Positions 1 through 12,474 of a stretch of DNA of 64,000 nt are shown here, piece by piece. The translations under genes were made by a program, and so were the position numbers. The notes beneath the pieces are model-generated. The model saw nothing but the letters and a program-made list of their open reading frames with translations. It was not told where the DNA came from and did not search any database. Numbering within the stretch: position 1 is the first letter of the stretch; each line of letters opens with the position of its first letter. The stretch comes from Mayamaea pseudoterrestris (lineage: Eukaryota), in the NCBI GenBank assembly GCA_027923505.1, contig BROI01000012.1, forward strand, positions 186,001 through 250,000, given 5' to 3'.

Positions 1-1070
1 CGTTCCTGGACACGCACGAAGAAATGAAGCGGCTTCGGGCAAAACAAACCAAGTTCTTTGAAACTTATGATGCAGATACAGCATGCACTCTCGACGGAAT
101 AATGCAATTGACTGTCGATGAAGGCGGCGAGGCGTTCCCAGCGCATCTCGTGGCCGTAATGAAGGACACACTGAAAGAAGTATTTGCGGAAGGCAACGCA
201 GATGTGATACCCGAGTGGAAGCAAGTCGAAATGATGATGTCCAAGCCGGGTTTTGCCAGTGGAGCTAGCGATTCTCGCGGCGAGGTTGAAGTGAATTTTC
301 AACGCAAGATTATTCCACTTGATGCGCTAAACCTTGCTCTGGAAAATGAGCAGGATCGAAAACGACGCAATCGTGCGGGACGAAGGAAGCAGCCGCTCAT
401 AGTTTGCGCTAGCTTGATCGACAAGGCGCCCAATTTAGCTGGCTTGGCGCGCACGGCGGAAATATTTGCTGCCGACCGCCTCGTAATCCCTGAGCGCCGA
501 GTGACACAAATGGATAACTTTAAGAGCATCAGTGTGACGGCTGCTGACTGGATCGATATCGAGGAATGCAAAGAAGTGGTACGTAATCGACACTATTCAG
601 TTTTGTGTATAATTGCTCGTGGTGCCAAATGATTATATATCAGTTTAACCAAGATCTGTTCTGATCTCGTTGATGACAAAAGCTATCAGAATGATGGAAC
701 CAATGTTTCAGAGAAGCTTATAGATTTCGATCTATTTCAACTTATCCACTCTATTTCGTCCGTGTTCCTTCAGAATCTACTGTCGTGGCTTCGGAAGCAC
801 AAGCGCAATGGTTGGTTTGTCGTCGGACTTGAGCAGACTTCATCCAGTATCAGTCTCGAGCAGTTTCGTTTCCCAGATCGCCCGATTATTCTCTTGCTGG
901 GCAAGGAAAAGGAAGGCATACCAGTCGAATTTCTAGATGCGGTCGATCAGTGCGTCGAAATTCCGCAGCTCGGCATTATTCGCAGCTTAAACGTCCACGT
1001 GAGTGGCGCTATTGCCATTTGGGAGCAGACGCGGCAGCGATTAACGAATGGAAAGATAAACCTGTCATAA
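1..1070 (+). CDS. SpoU-family tRNA (guanosine-18 2'-O)-methyltransferase, Trm3/TARBP1-like; 3' part only (5'-truncated by window); intron 579..773
   Basis: SPOUT motifs LIVCASLIDKAPNLAGLARTAE, LLLGKEKEGIP, VEIPQLGIIRSLNVHVS. GTACGT donor at 579 and CAG acceptor at 771-773 join the two ORFs in frame. Confidence 0.9.
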
Positions 1071-1388
1071 ACGTTTAGCCTGATGCAACCGTGATGATGC
1101 TTGGCGCTGCAATATTATTTGCGAGAGTCCTTGTTTTATATCGTGGACTCCGAGGATAGGCTGGTGCACGGAAGAAATGGATAGACGTCTAGCCAGCGGC
1201 AATGCCAATTAAACGAAAATAGTCGGCCCTCGATACATCGACCGCCAACTATGAGTTCTTAAAAACTATATATAAACTATAGATGCGTAAATAACATGCA
1301 TAAAGGTACAGTCATGCACTCAACGATTGAGCGAGTACGCATTCAATTAACGTTCTCTTGCGCAGCAACCAGAAACAAAGCTCGCTCT

Positions 1389-2078
1389 CTACTTCTTGGC
1401 AGCATACCACTCCTTGACTTCCGGAAGCTCCTTGAAACGCTCCAAATACGCCTTGATCGCCGGATACTTGTCCCAACAATCCGTTGGGACATGATCAATG
1501 TATCCACGCGTAAACGCATCGAGCGTGGCGTAGGCCATGCAGTCGGCAACGGTTGGGTGCTCCTTGCTCGCCATCCATACACCACCATGCTTCTCAATCA
1601 AGCGTGACATATGATTGGCGTGCTCTGGCAAGACGGTCTCCAACCATTTGGTTCGCATTTGCTTAATCTTTTCTTTGCCTTCGTCCGTCTGGGCGAAACC
1701 TTCGGGATAACCAAAGGACTGCGGACTCATGCCAATGAACATGCACGGCGCCCAATAGGTCCAAAAGTCGTCCAGAATGTTCATCGCTTCCTCAATCTCG
1801 TAGAGATGCTCGCGAGGATACAAGGTATCACTAAAAGTGGCACCGACATAGCGCAACAAAGCCATACTTTGCGCCATTGGCTCGCCATTATCAATCGTCA
1901 TGACTGGTAACTGTCCATAGGGCGTCTTGGGTTTGAAGGATTGCCATTCCTCTCGACTGAGCCGCTCGTCGTCAAAGGGTGTGTTGCTTAAGACGAGGGC
2001 GAGTCGAATTGGTTCGGCGCGTCCAGCAATGTCGAAGTAAGTGAGTTTGATGGATGGTTTGGCGGAAGTAGATGTCAT
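1389..2078 (-). CDS. Glutathione S-transferase (sigma-like)
   Basis: KLTYFDIAGRAEPIRLAL, KPKTPYGQLPV, AQSMALLRY and PTVAD motifs; likely ATG at 2078 (MTSTSAK). Confidence 0.93.
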   Translation of the reverse strand: MTSTSAKPSIKLTYFDIAGRAEPIRLALVLSNTPFDDERLSREEWQSFKPKTPYGQLPVMTIDNGEPMAQSMALLRYVGATFSDTLYPREHLYEIEEAMNILDDFWTYWAPCMFIGMSPQSFGYPEGFAQTDEGKEKIKQMRTKWLETVLPEHANHMSRLIEKHGGVWMASKEHPTVADCMAYATLDAFTRGYIDHVPTDCWDKYPAIKAYLERFKELPEVKEWYAAKK

Positions 2079-2399
2079 GGTTCGAGTTGTTGTTAAGTAA
2101 ATATTGTGTGAACGAGACAATTTCAAGCAGGTGGGTCCTGAAACTATGGGAAAGGAAAGATGCGATGAATGGCATGGTACGAGATCGCAAAGTGAGAACG
2201 AGTTCGAATCAAGTTCGATGAGCATCGCCAAACGAGTCACGGTGCGACTAGATATAGAACGGCTGGCGTCATTCGTCCGCAGCGCGCCACGGAGAATGAC
2301 CATGGCGAATGACCGGTTCCATTCATCCGTTGCTTTCGTCTGCAGCTTCCTCACCACGAGTATACGACGAGCCCAAGGACGCAAGCAAATTCCTACACT

Positions 2400-2993
2400 A
2401 TGAAACCGAACAGCACTGCTTCATACGACGTGCTTGATTCGCAGCAGCAACAGCGACCGTCGCTTGTCAACGCCGAAAGTAAGCGCAACATCCTTGATGA
2501 AGGTCTTCACGCATCGGTACATGACAAGGTGAACAAGAGATATAGTTTCAAAATGGAAGACTCTGCTGCTGCTGCTGCAAATTCCATCTTGGCAGTGTCA
2601 TCCGAGGATGATGACAGCTTGGATGACAAGGACGACGATTATGGTGCCAACGCAAGCTCTGATTCCTTTTGCGAAGCCTCGCAAAACTCTCAAGCTAATC
2701 AATGTTACCTGCGCCAAAGCGTATCGTTTGATGGAGACTTGATTGACTTTATTGAGCTCCATCGACAAGAAATAACTGATGGAGTTGATATTGACGACGA
2801 CGATGAAGACGACGAGCCTGATGACATGGTTGCAACGACGGAGTCTACAACTGCCAATTTCAATGCGCAGCAGGTGCAGGAGGAATATTTTGAAGATGAT
2901 TCGGATGATGCGTTGCAATTAGAAATTAATAGAGTAGTCAAGGAGGAGGAAGAGAATGTACGACGCCAGGAAGCGAAACCGCAAGTCGAGTAG
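2400..2993 (+). CDS. Acidic low-complexity hypothetical protein (197 aa)
   Basis: ATG-started ORF with D/E-rich composition, divergent from the GST gene; no recognisable domain. Confidence 0.6.
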   Translation: MKPNSTASYDVLDSQQQQRPSLVNAESKRNILDEGLHASVHDKVNKRYSFKMEDSAAAAANSILAVSSEDDDSLDDKDDDYGANASSDSFCEASQNSQANQCYLRQSVSFDGDLIDFIELHRQEITDGVDIDDDDEDDEPDDMVATTESTTANFNAQQVQEEYFEDDSDDALQLEINRVVKEEEENVRRQEAKPQVE

Positions 2994-3936
2994 TAAAAGT
3001 GCGAGAAACGCTACACTGAAAGGGAATTGATGCTGCGATGGCACCCAGCAGTAAAGGAAGTTTGATAAAGTCTTCGTAAATTTAAAATACTCCAATGTTA
3101 TAACTCCGCGCGTTTTGTCACGTTCAAGTTGTGCGCTTAGCAATCACAGCATGGGAATATGTACAGATCCACAGAAAGGCCGCCATAATATAGATTCAAC
3201 TTTGTATGCGCAAGCTCCTACCGCTGGATTTGTTTGAGAATCCACTGTCGTCATTACTATTTTTAATCGCTTGACAAGGACGCGCGTAGCTAAACGATAG
3301 CCTTTACGTTAGCTCACCTAAGTAACGAACATAAATTTTCAAGCTCGCACCGTCAGCTGGGCCTTGACCTGGTACGGCAGCAGATGAAAGACTTTGCACA
3401 AGATTTGAGTATGAGTATGGGTTGCTGCCTGCTTTTGCGATTGCAGTCTCGTCGTAAAGCTTGGTTCGTTGTTCGCCATGGTCAGGATGCGGTTGCATTT
3501 TGTGAGCCGAGCCGGGCGAGCATGCCGCGATTGTCTTGAAATGAGTCACGTGCGTTAAGTAAGACTCATATCGACTGGGCCGGCGTGCATCAAGATACGC
3601 TAGACGTTTCGGCGACTTCCTCGTCACGCACATGCCGAGAACCTGAATGGCCGTGTGTGTCTCTTTCTCGGAAGGATCTTTCCAAGCCACGCAAACCATT
3701 TGCATCGACTCCAACCTGCTTGCCGCAAAATCTGCATCTGCGGTATTTGAATCCAGTGAAAAATTCTTGCGGAAGTCAAATATTGCAGCTGCAGCGTGCG
3801 GTGGTGTTGCTTGATCGACCTTCATTAATTGTTTCATTGACTTCGCTCGTTGCTCGTCTTTTCGACCTGCGAACGTGAGAGAAAAAGAGTCACAGCGAGG
3901 GCTAAATAGAAGACGAAATAACAATTCGCAGCAATC

Positions 3937-6272
3937 ATGTCATACTCACCAATGGCGCAGCGCCGTCTATCATTGGATCCGTCAAACAACAATGTGTTTC
4001 CGGACGCTTCTCCGACGCGGCTCAAGAACCATCGACCTCCGGCGCAAGTCTTTACCAAGGGAAATACTGGAGCTGTTGTCACGTCATTGAGCAACGGAAG
4101 TAACGGAGGAATCTCTTCGACTTCCTTTTCCAGCAATGGATCTGCGACCAAGCCGACGACGACTGCTCCGACGTCGAAGCGTTTTGGAATGCATGAATCC
4201 GCTGCGTCTGCAGACTGCAAGAGTAGCATGCAGCAACGCAAGGACGAGACAATGGTTACACCAATTATATCCAATCGAATTGCTAGTCAATTGGATTACG
4301 ACTACTTGACGGAGCATTCTGATCACTCGTCACCCATGCAAGCTCCAATGTTTTATCCGACCCAATCCGAGCAGCGAGAGCCAATTGCTGATCGAAGCAC
4401 AAGCCGCGGAAGCAATAGTCAGTCGAGCAGAGGCAGTAATGGAAAGCAGCAAGAGTATTCGACGTCGGTGTCCTTGCAGGATTATTCCAGAATGATGCGG
4501 AGTTTGTTGGATGGTACGTTTGCAAGTGGACCGGTTCGAGAGTGGTAACGATGACGAGTCTACATTTCTCACTCACTGTGCTCATTACAGACTTGTCGCA
4601 CGCGCCTACCCGGCAGGATCGCTTGTCAAGCTTGCGTCGACTCACTGACGCTTGCAACCATGAAGAGGAAGGCTTGCATAATGTTGGCTTGTCGGTTGGA
4701 GCGGTCAATGTACTAGCGAGATGCCTTGCATTGTCCACGCATGACGAAGAGATTGACTTATTAGTTGCTGGTTTGGAAATGGTACTTCGTGCCTCCCAGC
4801 GCAATGTGCAGTTGGCATATCTGAGCATGGCTGGTCTCACTATGAATATCAGCATCAAGTCAAGTGCGTCTTGGCAGAATCAACAATTCCAGCAAAACTC
4901 GCTCGTGATCAATCTGTTGAAAGTTATGGAGCGATGCGAGCTCGGTGTCATGGCAAAGTCGGAAACAACAATGTTGAAGTGCACCAAATGTTTGCTTCAT
5001 TTCGCCGCTTGTCCCGATTTGCGGCAGTCTTTGCTACGCCAAGACGGCATGCTCGATGCACTTGCTCGTGTGCCAGCAGTGGCGACAGATTCTACTCTGT
5101 CGGCACCGAAACAAAGGGGCAAAATGTTTTCTCCCAAGCAACTGCAGCCGGAAGAAATTTTACACATGCCGTTGGACTGTCGCTTGCTTCGACTGGAACT
5201 CGCATCGCAGCTGGCGACGTGCGAAGCCAATAAAGGTTTGCTGTTTGAAAAAGAAGGTCTGGTCGACTGCGTCGTCAAGTGCGCGCATATGGATGCATGC
5301 GACCTCATTCGACAATATGCTGGCATGATTTTCATGGAGCTGGCCAGTGCGCCTACGATACAGTTGCGCATGGCCAACGATGAAAAGGTGTTGGGCATTT
5401 TGGTCAAGATGGTCTTTGTTGAGCGCGGCACCGTTGTCCGCGAGTCAGTCATTACAGCGCTCCAAAATATGGCGTTTGCGAAAGAGAATCGCATGCGTTT
5501 GGTATCGTTTAAAGATGGCGTACTTCTGGAGGCGCTAAAGCAGGCACTATCATCGGATGTTGATCCAAAGGCACGTCGTCGGGCAGCGGGCGTGTTGACA
5601 AATTTAGTCTGCACTGAAACGGCCAATACCATGGGCATGCACAATGGACTACTTGACGTGCTGGCGATTGTTTCGACCAAGGATGAGAATGATGAAGTTC
5701 AGACGCGAGCTTCACTGGCACTGACCAAGATTGCAAATTGCATCACTGCTCGAATGGAGTGTCACGAGGCACTTCTTGACGCATTGGTGGTTGCATCGCT
5801 CAGTAAAGCAACCAATAGCATTTCAGCAGTCCTTCGCGTCAAGGCTCGTGATGCAGCCAATCGCGAAGTCATGGCACGCCATGCTGGAGTAGTGGATACA
5901 TTATGCGACCTTTGCATTTCGGATGGGTCATCCACAACCGACAAGGACAATGCGATGCGAGCTATTATGCACTTATGCAACGAGCCAAAGAATCGCAACG
6001 TTCTCTGCACTAGGACTGTTTTAGAAGCCCTCGTCGAAGGCGCCAACTATACTGACCCCGACTTGGAGGAAGCTCGCGACTCTGCCATTCGTGCCCTTGA
6101 GCGCTTGGGCACGGAACCGACGAACCGAGAATTCATGGCCCGCCGGGAGGGATTGCTTACAGCAGTGGCCAAGGCAGTTGAGCGCGAGGCTGACTGGGAA
6201 GAGTCTGGTAAGGAAGCGGAGCATGGATATCTGGCCAAGCCACTTTTGATGAGTCTTCTCGTCTCCATGTAG
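3937..6272 (+). CDS. Armadillo/ARM-repeat protein with disordered N-terminus; intron 4514..4590
   Basis: Repeated helical ARM-like units (e.g. ARRRAAGVLTNLV, AMRAIMHLCNEPKNR). GTACGT donor and CAG acceptor join ORFs 3937 and 4542 in frame. Confidence 0.85.
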
Positions 6273-6499
6273 GACCTTGATGGATTTTATTGACATGATA
6301 CATAATTTTAATGTACAAACATTTATAACCGTTTGAGCTTGATTGCCTATTTATTCTATTTCAATTTCACGTGATGCGTAAGGCACAATATTAAACCGAC
6401 TTGAAGAAACGCTCGTGCCCGCATTGGCAATCATTGGCGCCGAAATGGCGTTGCGCCAACAGCAACGTTGTCCTTTATGGATGACTTTCACGGATTAAG

Positions 6500-7983
6500 G
6501 ACGACCCTAACATTTTTTTGTCCTTCCAAACTTGAGTTCAATCCTTTTAACCTTCCACACCGAGTACTGCCGCTTGCGCTTGTTATATCAGTACATGAAC
6601 GCAATTAGGCCAGCCACAAGCGCAACCGTTACGGGAAATATCCGTCACTTGGCGGAGACGGAGCAAGGTTGGCGGGCAGCATAGTTGTCAAGTCGTTGAA
6701 CACATACTTGGGAGTATTCTCTTCCCACACTCCTTCGATACACAAGTGAGATACAGTCGGCTGAAGAATTGTAATCTGGCCATTGCGGGGCAAGTAACCG
6801 TTTGGCGACTCAGTACAAAGTACTGGTTGGGAGCCTTTAACCAGTCACTGAATTAAACTTGACCGGTCCAGCAATGCCGTCATAGGTTGTGTTACGGAAC
6901 TTGTGAAGATGATTGGCGCCAGTCAATGGCAATTGTAGTGGATTGCGTCACAACGAAGAATCGCAATTTCCCGTTTCCTCATTTGTAGGCTTTCATCACT
7001 CGCGCATCATGCGTCTCGGCGGAAAAGACGACACAAAAGACGAACAATAAGTTTGTCTTTAGCAAGCTTTAAATTGTCGCCTTGCTAGAACCTTCTTCTT
7101 CATCCAAGGGAATCAGGTGAATGACCATGCTCGGCGCATACTCCTGCGCGCCATTCTTAGCCCATCAGCAAAAGTATTGTCAAAATGTCCCATTGACGCA
7201 GTTGACTGCCAAGTGTTTGAGCTTTAGCACCTTATAATGATTGGAACGGCATTCCCAGCGTCGGACATTCCTTCCAAACAAGGGATACTGCGTCTTGTCA
7301 TCAAAGTCAATACTTGTACATCCTCCCAATATTTGCGGCTACATGGGAATGGAAATACTGGCTCCGGCAGCAATCGACTCGTTTGATCAACGACATGGTC
7401 CAGCGCCCCCCTACATCGCTCGTTCAATTTAGCAACTTGCGCGGCACAAGACTGCCATATCCATTATTCAATGACGAACGGCGAGTGCAATGGAAGAGGC
7501 GTGTTCCTCTGAGGCGCGCGAGGAGAAAGGTCGCCGTGCGCAAAGCCAAGAATGGTACTCAATTGGCAAAGGACAATCGAGTCTCCAGTAGTTTTGTCAA
7601 GCATAATGTCAACGTTGCTGCTTTCGGGTCGAGTAACGTTTAGGCGCTGACGTTCGCTCGCATCGTATCGTAGTAGCAAATCGACTTGAGGATTCCTTGA
7701 TCCGACGTTGTTAAATTGTCGTCGTTCGAAGGTGCGTCATCGTTACTCAGCGCGCTACAATGGCTGGAGTAGTCGGTCGTTGATGATGATCAAGAGGATG
7801 GTGTAATCGTGAAGGTGACGTTGTAGTTGCCATGCCAGAAGGAGCCGTTGCAAGGTGCTTGCGAAAGCGGAAATGCAGCTTTGCAGGGAAAAGTTGTCGT
7901 AACTGGGAGCCGAGGAGTGAGGAAGCTGCAGCTACAACTGGCACTGAGCGAAAAGTAATCAGTAACAGAGTTGCATAGCGCAA
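6500..7983 (-). pseudogene. Decayed 5' part of a receptor-type guanylate cyclase/kinase gene (extracellular ANF-receptor-like domain, TM, start of kinase)
   Basis: Hand translation across frameshifts: signal-like start ..GDSIVLCQLSTILGF..HLNNGYGSLVP-QVAKLNERC..GANHLHKFRNTTYDGIAGPVKFNSVTG*RLPTSTLY*..YVFNDLTTMLPANL..VALVAGLIAFMY*YNKRKRQYSVWKVKRIELKFG. In-frame stops at 6837-6839, 6810-6812 and 6588-6590. Family resemblance is from recall, not from a search. Confidence 0.7.
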
Positions 7984-8420
7984 GCTGTGTCTCTCCTCTC
8001 CTCTCCATTTCTAGCCTCTTGTATGGTAATCCCTGGTTCGAGCGACGATTGGATTGACTACTCCTAATATGTATAAGCTGGGCCTTCACTTCAAGGACGG
8101 AGGAGTCATAAGCGGGTCGTGCGTGACGAAAGTAGCAAAAGTTTCTCGTTCAGGCTTATGCCCGACCTTGACGTTGACTTACGCAGACAACAGGCTTAAC
8201 AGTTTGCAGCCAATCAAACCTCTCAGTCACAAAATGATTCAGATAAAAGAATTGAGATCGGAACTAACAATGTCGTAATGGTTCACTTAGAATTCTTTGA
8301 AACCTCCGGACCTTCGTTGGGAAGATGAAACGATTCAATCGCAGCGACCATTTTGCGATCATAAACAACACCCTGTGCTTCAAGTTCGCCATTGACTGTT
8401 AGTCTCCTCTTGCAAAAACC

Positions 8421-9294
8421 ATGTTTCGCAACGTTTTTCGCAAATCGAATCTCTGCTTTCGCAGCAAGCGACTGAGCAGCAGCACTGCCTCCGAAGCGTC
8501 GTCGTCGTCAAGCCTCATCATGGCCGTGACGGCAACCTTTGGCACGTACATGCTGGCAGATTTCCTCAGCAACTTTTTGCAGCATCCAACCCAAAAGGTG
8601 AGATGCAACTAGTATATTGCGTGTTCATGCACCCGGCAGCCAAGTATGTTTTAAATTCGATTGATGACACGAGACCGACACATATACTTGCGAATCATTT
8701 CTCCCCAAGCTGCGATCTCCTACTCAATCACTCGCAAATTCAACGTTTTTTTTCACGCAAATGGACTATGGCTACTTGAATCAGTTTATTGGAAGACCCG
8801 TTGATCAAGCGTTTTGGAATACGCGCACCCAGCACATTATCGGGGTGGCCGCCTGCTTGGCCGTGACGGATCACGCTTCCCAGGTTGCGTTCGCCAAGTA
8901 CTTGGGCAAAACACTCTGCTTTGCCAAGAGTCCAGCGGCCTTTGTCGCGCATACCTTCGTCTTCATCTTTACCGGTGTTGCAGTCTACGTTGCTGGCGAT
9001 GCGGCCTTGAATCCAACCGTTTCAAACGACAAGCGCATGGACGTCTTCCTCGAGAATACCTACTGCACATACGTGGGAACAAACACGGCTTGGTTTGAGC
9101 CATATGTGTCACCAGTCTTGGCGAGAGTCGCCGGTTCAGCCATTGCTGCATCGTGGTTTGGTTCGAGCCTTTTGCCGGCGACGCTGGCGTACACGACGGT
9201 CAAGGGCGTGGGATGGAGCGACTGGGGCAATCAAGGCTTGAACGATCATGAGCTTCGCATGAATGGCTTGATGAAGGGAAGTTTGGAGGAGTAA
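8421..9294 (+). CDS. Hypothetical membrane protein with possible mitochondrial presequence; intron from 8598 to 8760 (or 8709)
   Basis: Exon 1 MFRNVFRK..FLQHPTQK followed by GTGAGA donor; exon 2 MDYGYLNQF.. with hydrophobic segments; acceptor atypical (see findings). Confidence 0.75.
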
Positions 9295-9407
9295 GTAGAA
9301 ATCCAAGGTTGGTGTACGTAGCTGCGTGCTCCAGCAATAATTCGGCTCGTACATACGTCGCAGTCTGTCTGTTATTTCTGATGTAGATGACTAAGATCGT
9401 AATAAAT

Positions 9408-10397
9408 TTACGAATTTACTTCGGTTTCTGTGTAGACTCCTAAGTTGAGTGGACCAAGAGAGTTGCCAGTAGTTGCAGGGATACCTTCCACAGGAGCGCC
9501 ATTGAACGAAACACTGATAAACGCTTTCGCATTGCGCAGCTGACCCTTATAGACACCCGTTTTCGCGTATTTGGGGCCGATTACCGATGCACTTTCGGTA
9601 ACATCAAACACAGGTGCCGACGCTTGTGTCTTCCAAGTGACATCCACAACCAACTCGCCAAAAATTACCTCATCAGTGATACAGTCGCCGTACAAACAAA
9701 CGTCGTTACTCGCGATATCGTCGTCATCAAAGTAACACTGCTTGACGCATGTACTTTTCTGAAGTATGCTTGGAAGGATGTACCTGGAGTTTGCGCTTCT
9801 TAACTTGGGGTTGACATTGACTAGGTTTGGTTCCCCGCCACTGGCATCAATGCTTACTTGCGAAGCTGCATCTTCATTACAGTTGCTGAATAAGTTAATG
9901 TAGCCGGTCCCCGCGCGCAATACATCACGAAAGATTGGTTTGCCATTCTTGGACCTGTAGTAGTCGGTGACTGTTTCCGACATGGAGAAGGTGATGGTAC
10001 TGGGGGAGATACACGCCGCTTCCTGCTGGAATGAATGTTCGATTCCGGCACTCTTGATTTTGCTCACCGTCCTGAGGTAACTCGCTTGAAGGCGACGCTC
10101 GTCGTGGCGCTGACGATGAGCATCATTTGAAGAAAATTCTTCATGGGTCGAATTCCAATGCTCCTGCTGCTGCAAAAAACCTTGGTATTCGCGAAAAAGA
10201 GCCCGGTCATTCATATCCAACTTGGGTGGTATGCCCTGGACCGACTGCTACGTAGGTTAAAGGCGAGGTGCAGCATGTCAGCGAGATTCGATAAGCTTTA
10301 CCCTTCCTGTGCTTATCAGAGCTCTAGACACTTTACTTACACCAAGGACAGTGCGGATGGTGGATGCAACGAAAAAGAAGGTGGCACTGAGCTTCAT
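9408..10397 (-). CDS. Secreted hypothetical protein; signal-peptide exon 10341..10397, intron ~10248..10340
   Basis: MKLSATFFFVASTIRTVLG followed by GTAAGT donor; in-frame AG acceptors (exon start 10247 or 10235) lead into the 270-aa ORF. Confidence 0.7.
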
Positions 10398-10710
10398 GTT
10401 AAACGAGATGCGTCGCGGCGCAGTGCGCAGCCAAGTATATTATCGAAATGCTCTTCTGGAATGATTGAAGAGTATCTTTTGCTCGTCCTGGTGACGCCCA
10501 TAGTTCTAGAATTCACAGTTAAGCAATACTCCACCACGTTGCTACCGGAAGTCTCCTGTCTATAGTACAGTGAAATTCCGGCATGTGCACTTCTCGTGCG
10601 CAATTATGCAAACAGAAAGAAAGCAATACGTACTTTTCACAGCAAAAGATGGTTTGGTCGCAAAGCGTCCCGCAAAGCACAACAAAAACTAGAGCGGTGA
10701 CTTGACATCT

Positions 10711-12474
10711 TTACTCTAAAACCTTTTCAATCCGACCGACAGCAATGCTTTGTCCGCTCCGGCGCAGAACGAATCTTCCCAGCGCGCGACAATCCTCAAA
10801 GGCTTCCATGACAATGGGAACGCTCAGCGTCAGCTCGACAATGGCTTGCGTACTTGACGTGAGCGCCCTTGGATTTTCTTTTGCAACACTTCCATCCTTG
10901 TTGAGTGTTTGAATCAATGCTGAAACGACGCACGGAACGTCAAGTTGATTAATGTGCAATATGGCTTGCCCGCCGCGTATCATCGGCACGGCAAGAGCTT
11001 CCAGCATCCACACCATGGCGCGACATTTACGTGCCAGCACGGGTCGCTCCTTTGGTCGCGACAAAACATTGCCAGTGGCGACGCGCATAATATCAATGTT
11101 GGAAAGTGTGCAGTCAATGACTTCGCCTGCTACGGCATACGTGTTTCGCTCCAAGCTGTTGGAAGGTTGCAAACTAGTCAGTTTCTGAATCATAGTCACG
11201 TCTCCGACTGGAAGAACGACGAGCGAGTCACCCGCCTTGATCCATCCTTGAACAACCTTGCCGCGGACAGTGACGCCCTTGGTTTGTTCGCCGACAATAT
11301 CGGTCAAGACAATTCGCAGTGGTTTTTGTAGTTGCGACGAAAGACTCGACGTAGAGTCGCAAGACGGCGCATCAAACTCGTCGAGCGCCTGCAGCAGTGT
11401 CGGCCCCTTGTACCAGCTCGTGTCGTATGATTGTTGTTGCTGCTGGTCCTTGTTCTTGACTGTATTCTTGTTGCTAGCCTTTAATTCGCGAATGTTTGCT
11501 CCAGTCAATCCCGATACTGGAACGAACCGCAAATTCTTGGCCGTAAATCCGACTCCATTCAGAAATGGCGTTAGCGATTCACATATTCGATCATAGACAG
11601 TTTGACTCCATTCAATGACATCCATTTTGTTAACGACTACCAACAATTGCTTCACTCCCAGACCACGCGCCAAGTACACATGCTCCTTCAACTGCCCCGC
11701 GTTCCATGCATCAGAAGCAGCAGACACGCCAGTCGTCGCATCCACCACTAGCCAGGCCGCTCCGGCTTGACTCGATCCGGTAATCATGGCGGGCACGTAG
11801 TCAACGTGGCCCGGTGCGTCGAGCAAAATCACTTGGTAGCGACTCGTTTGCAGCGTCTTGGTGGCAACGTCCATGGTGATTCCGCGCGCGCGCTCCTGCA
11901 CGTTTTCGTCCAGCAACCAGGCGTAGTTTGTTGTTGTATTCGCCTTGCTTTTGCTATTGTTGCAGAGGGACAGCAAGTGACCCGTCACCGTCGACTTGCC
12001 AGCGTCCACATGTCCCAATACAATCACCGTCAAGCGCTCCTTGCTGGATTTGTCAGAGTATTCGTTGAGGAGAATCTTGGGAACAGCTGCTGTTCGAGTA
12101 GCTAATGATGATGATATATTTTGCTTCGCCTCTTGCTGCTGCGATGAATTAGTTGTAGTCTTTTGTGACGCAAATCCAGGAGGAGGCGCGGTTGGAGGAG
12201 CGATTGCTGCTGCTCCTGCTGCGCCGACAATATTCTTCTTGTTTCCAGCAGGAGGAATTGGTTTCTTGTTACTACTAGTCTTGACTGCGGCTGCGGCTGC
12301 TACATTTTGATTGTTTGTTTTGCTATTGCTATTCTTTGTCGCCTTGGAACTTGCAGCAGCCCGAGGAGCCACTGGGTAGTCGTCGTATTCGTCGTAGTAA
12401 CCATCACCGTCGTCGTCATCGTCATAGTAGTCGTCATCATGGACCATTTGACGCAGATTGCGATGCCGAGACAT
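10711..12474 (-). CDS. HBS1: HBS1-like translational GTPase (eEF1A/eRF3 family)
   Basis: N-terminal MSRHRNLRQM..DDDYYD typical of Hbs1; G1 GHVDAGKS, ERARGITMD, DAPGH, NKMD, SGLTG; C-terminal LGRFVLRRSGQSIAVGRI. Confidence 0.9.
   Translation of the reverse strand: MSRHRNLRQMVHDDDYYDDDDDGDGYYDEYDDYPVAPRAAASSKATKNSNSKTNNQNVAAAAAVKTSSNKKPIPPAGNKKNIVGAAGAAAIAPPTAPPPGFASQKTTTNSSQQQEAKQNISSSLATRTAAVPKILLNEYSDKSSKERLTVIVLGHVDAGKSTVTGHLLSLCNNSKSKANTTTNYAWLLDENVQERARGITMDVATKTLQTSRYQVILLDAPGHVDYVPAMITGSSQAGAAWLVVDATTGVSAASDAWNAGQLKEHVYLARGLGVKQLLVVVNKMDVIEWSQTVYDRICESLTPFLNGVGFTAKNLRFVPVSGLTGANIRELKASNKNTVKNKDQQQQQSYDTSWYKGPTLLQALDEFDAPSCDSTSSLSSQLQKPLRIVLTDIVGEQTKGVTVRGKVVQGWIKAGDSLVVLPVGDVTMIQKLTSLQPSNSLERNTYAVAGEVIDCTLSNIDIMRVATGNVLSRPKERPVLARKCRAMVWMLEALAVPMIRGGQAILHINQLDVPCVVSALIQTLNKDGSVAKENPRALTSSTQAIVELTLSVPIVMEAFEDCRALGRFVLRRSGQSIAVGRIEKVLE

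Noticed and set aside
3304..3924. 206-aa minus-strand ORF
   Set aside because: No recognisable motif, non-ATG start abutting the ARM gene start; cannot be supported as a gene, though not excluded.
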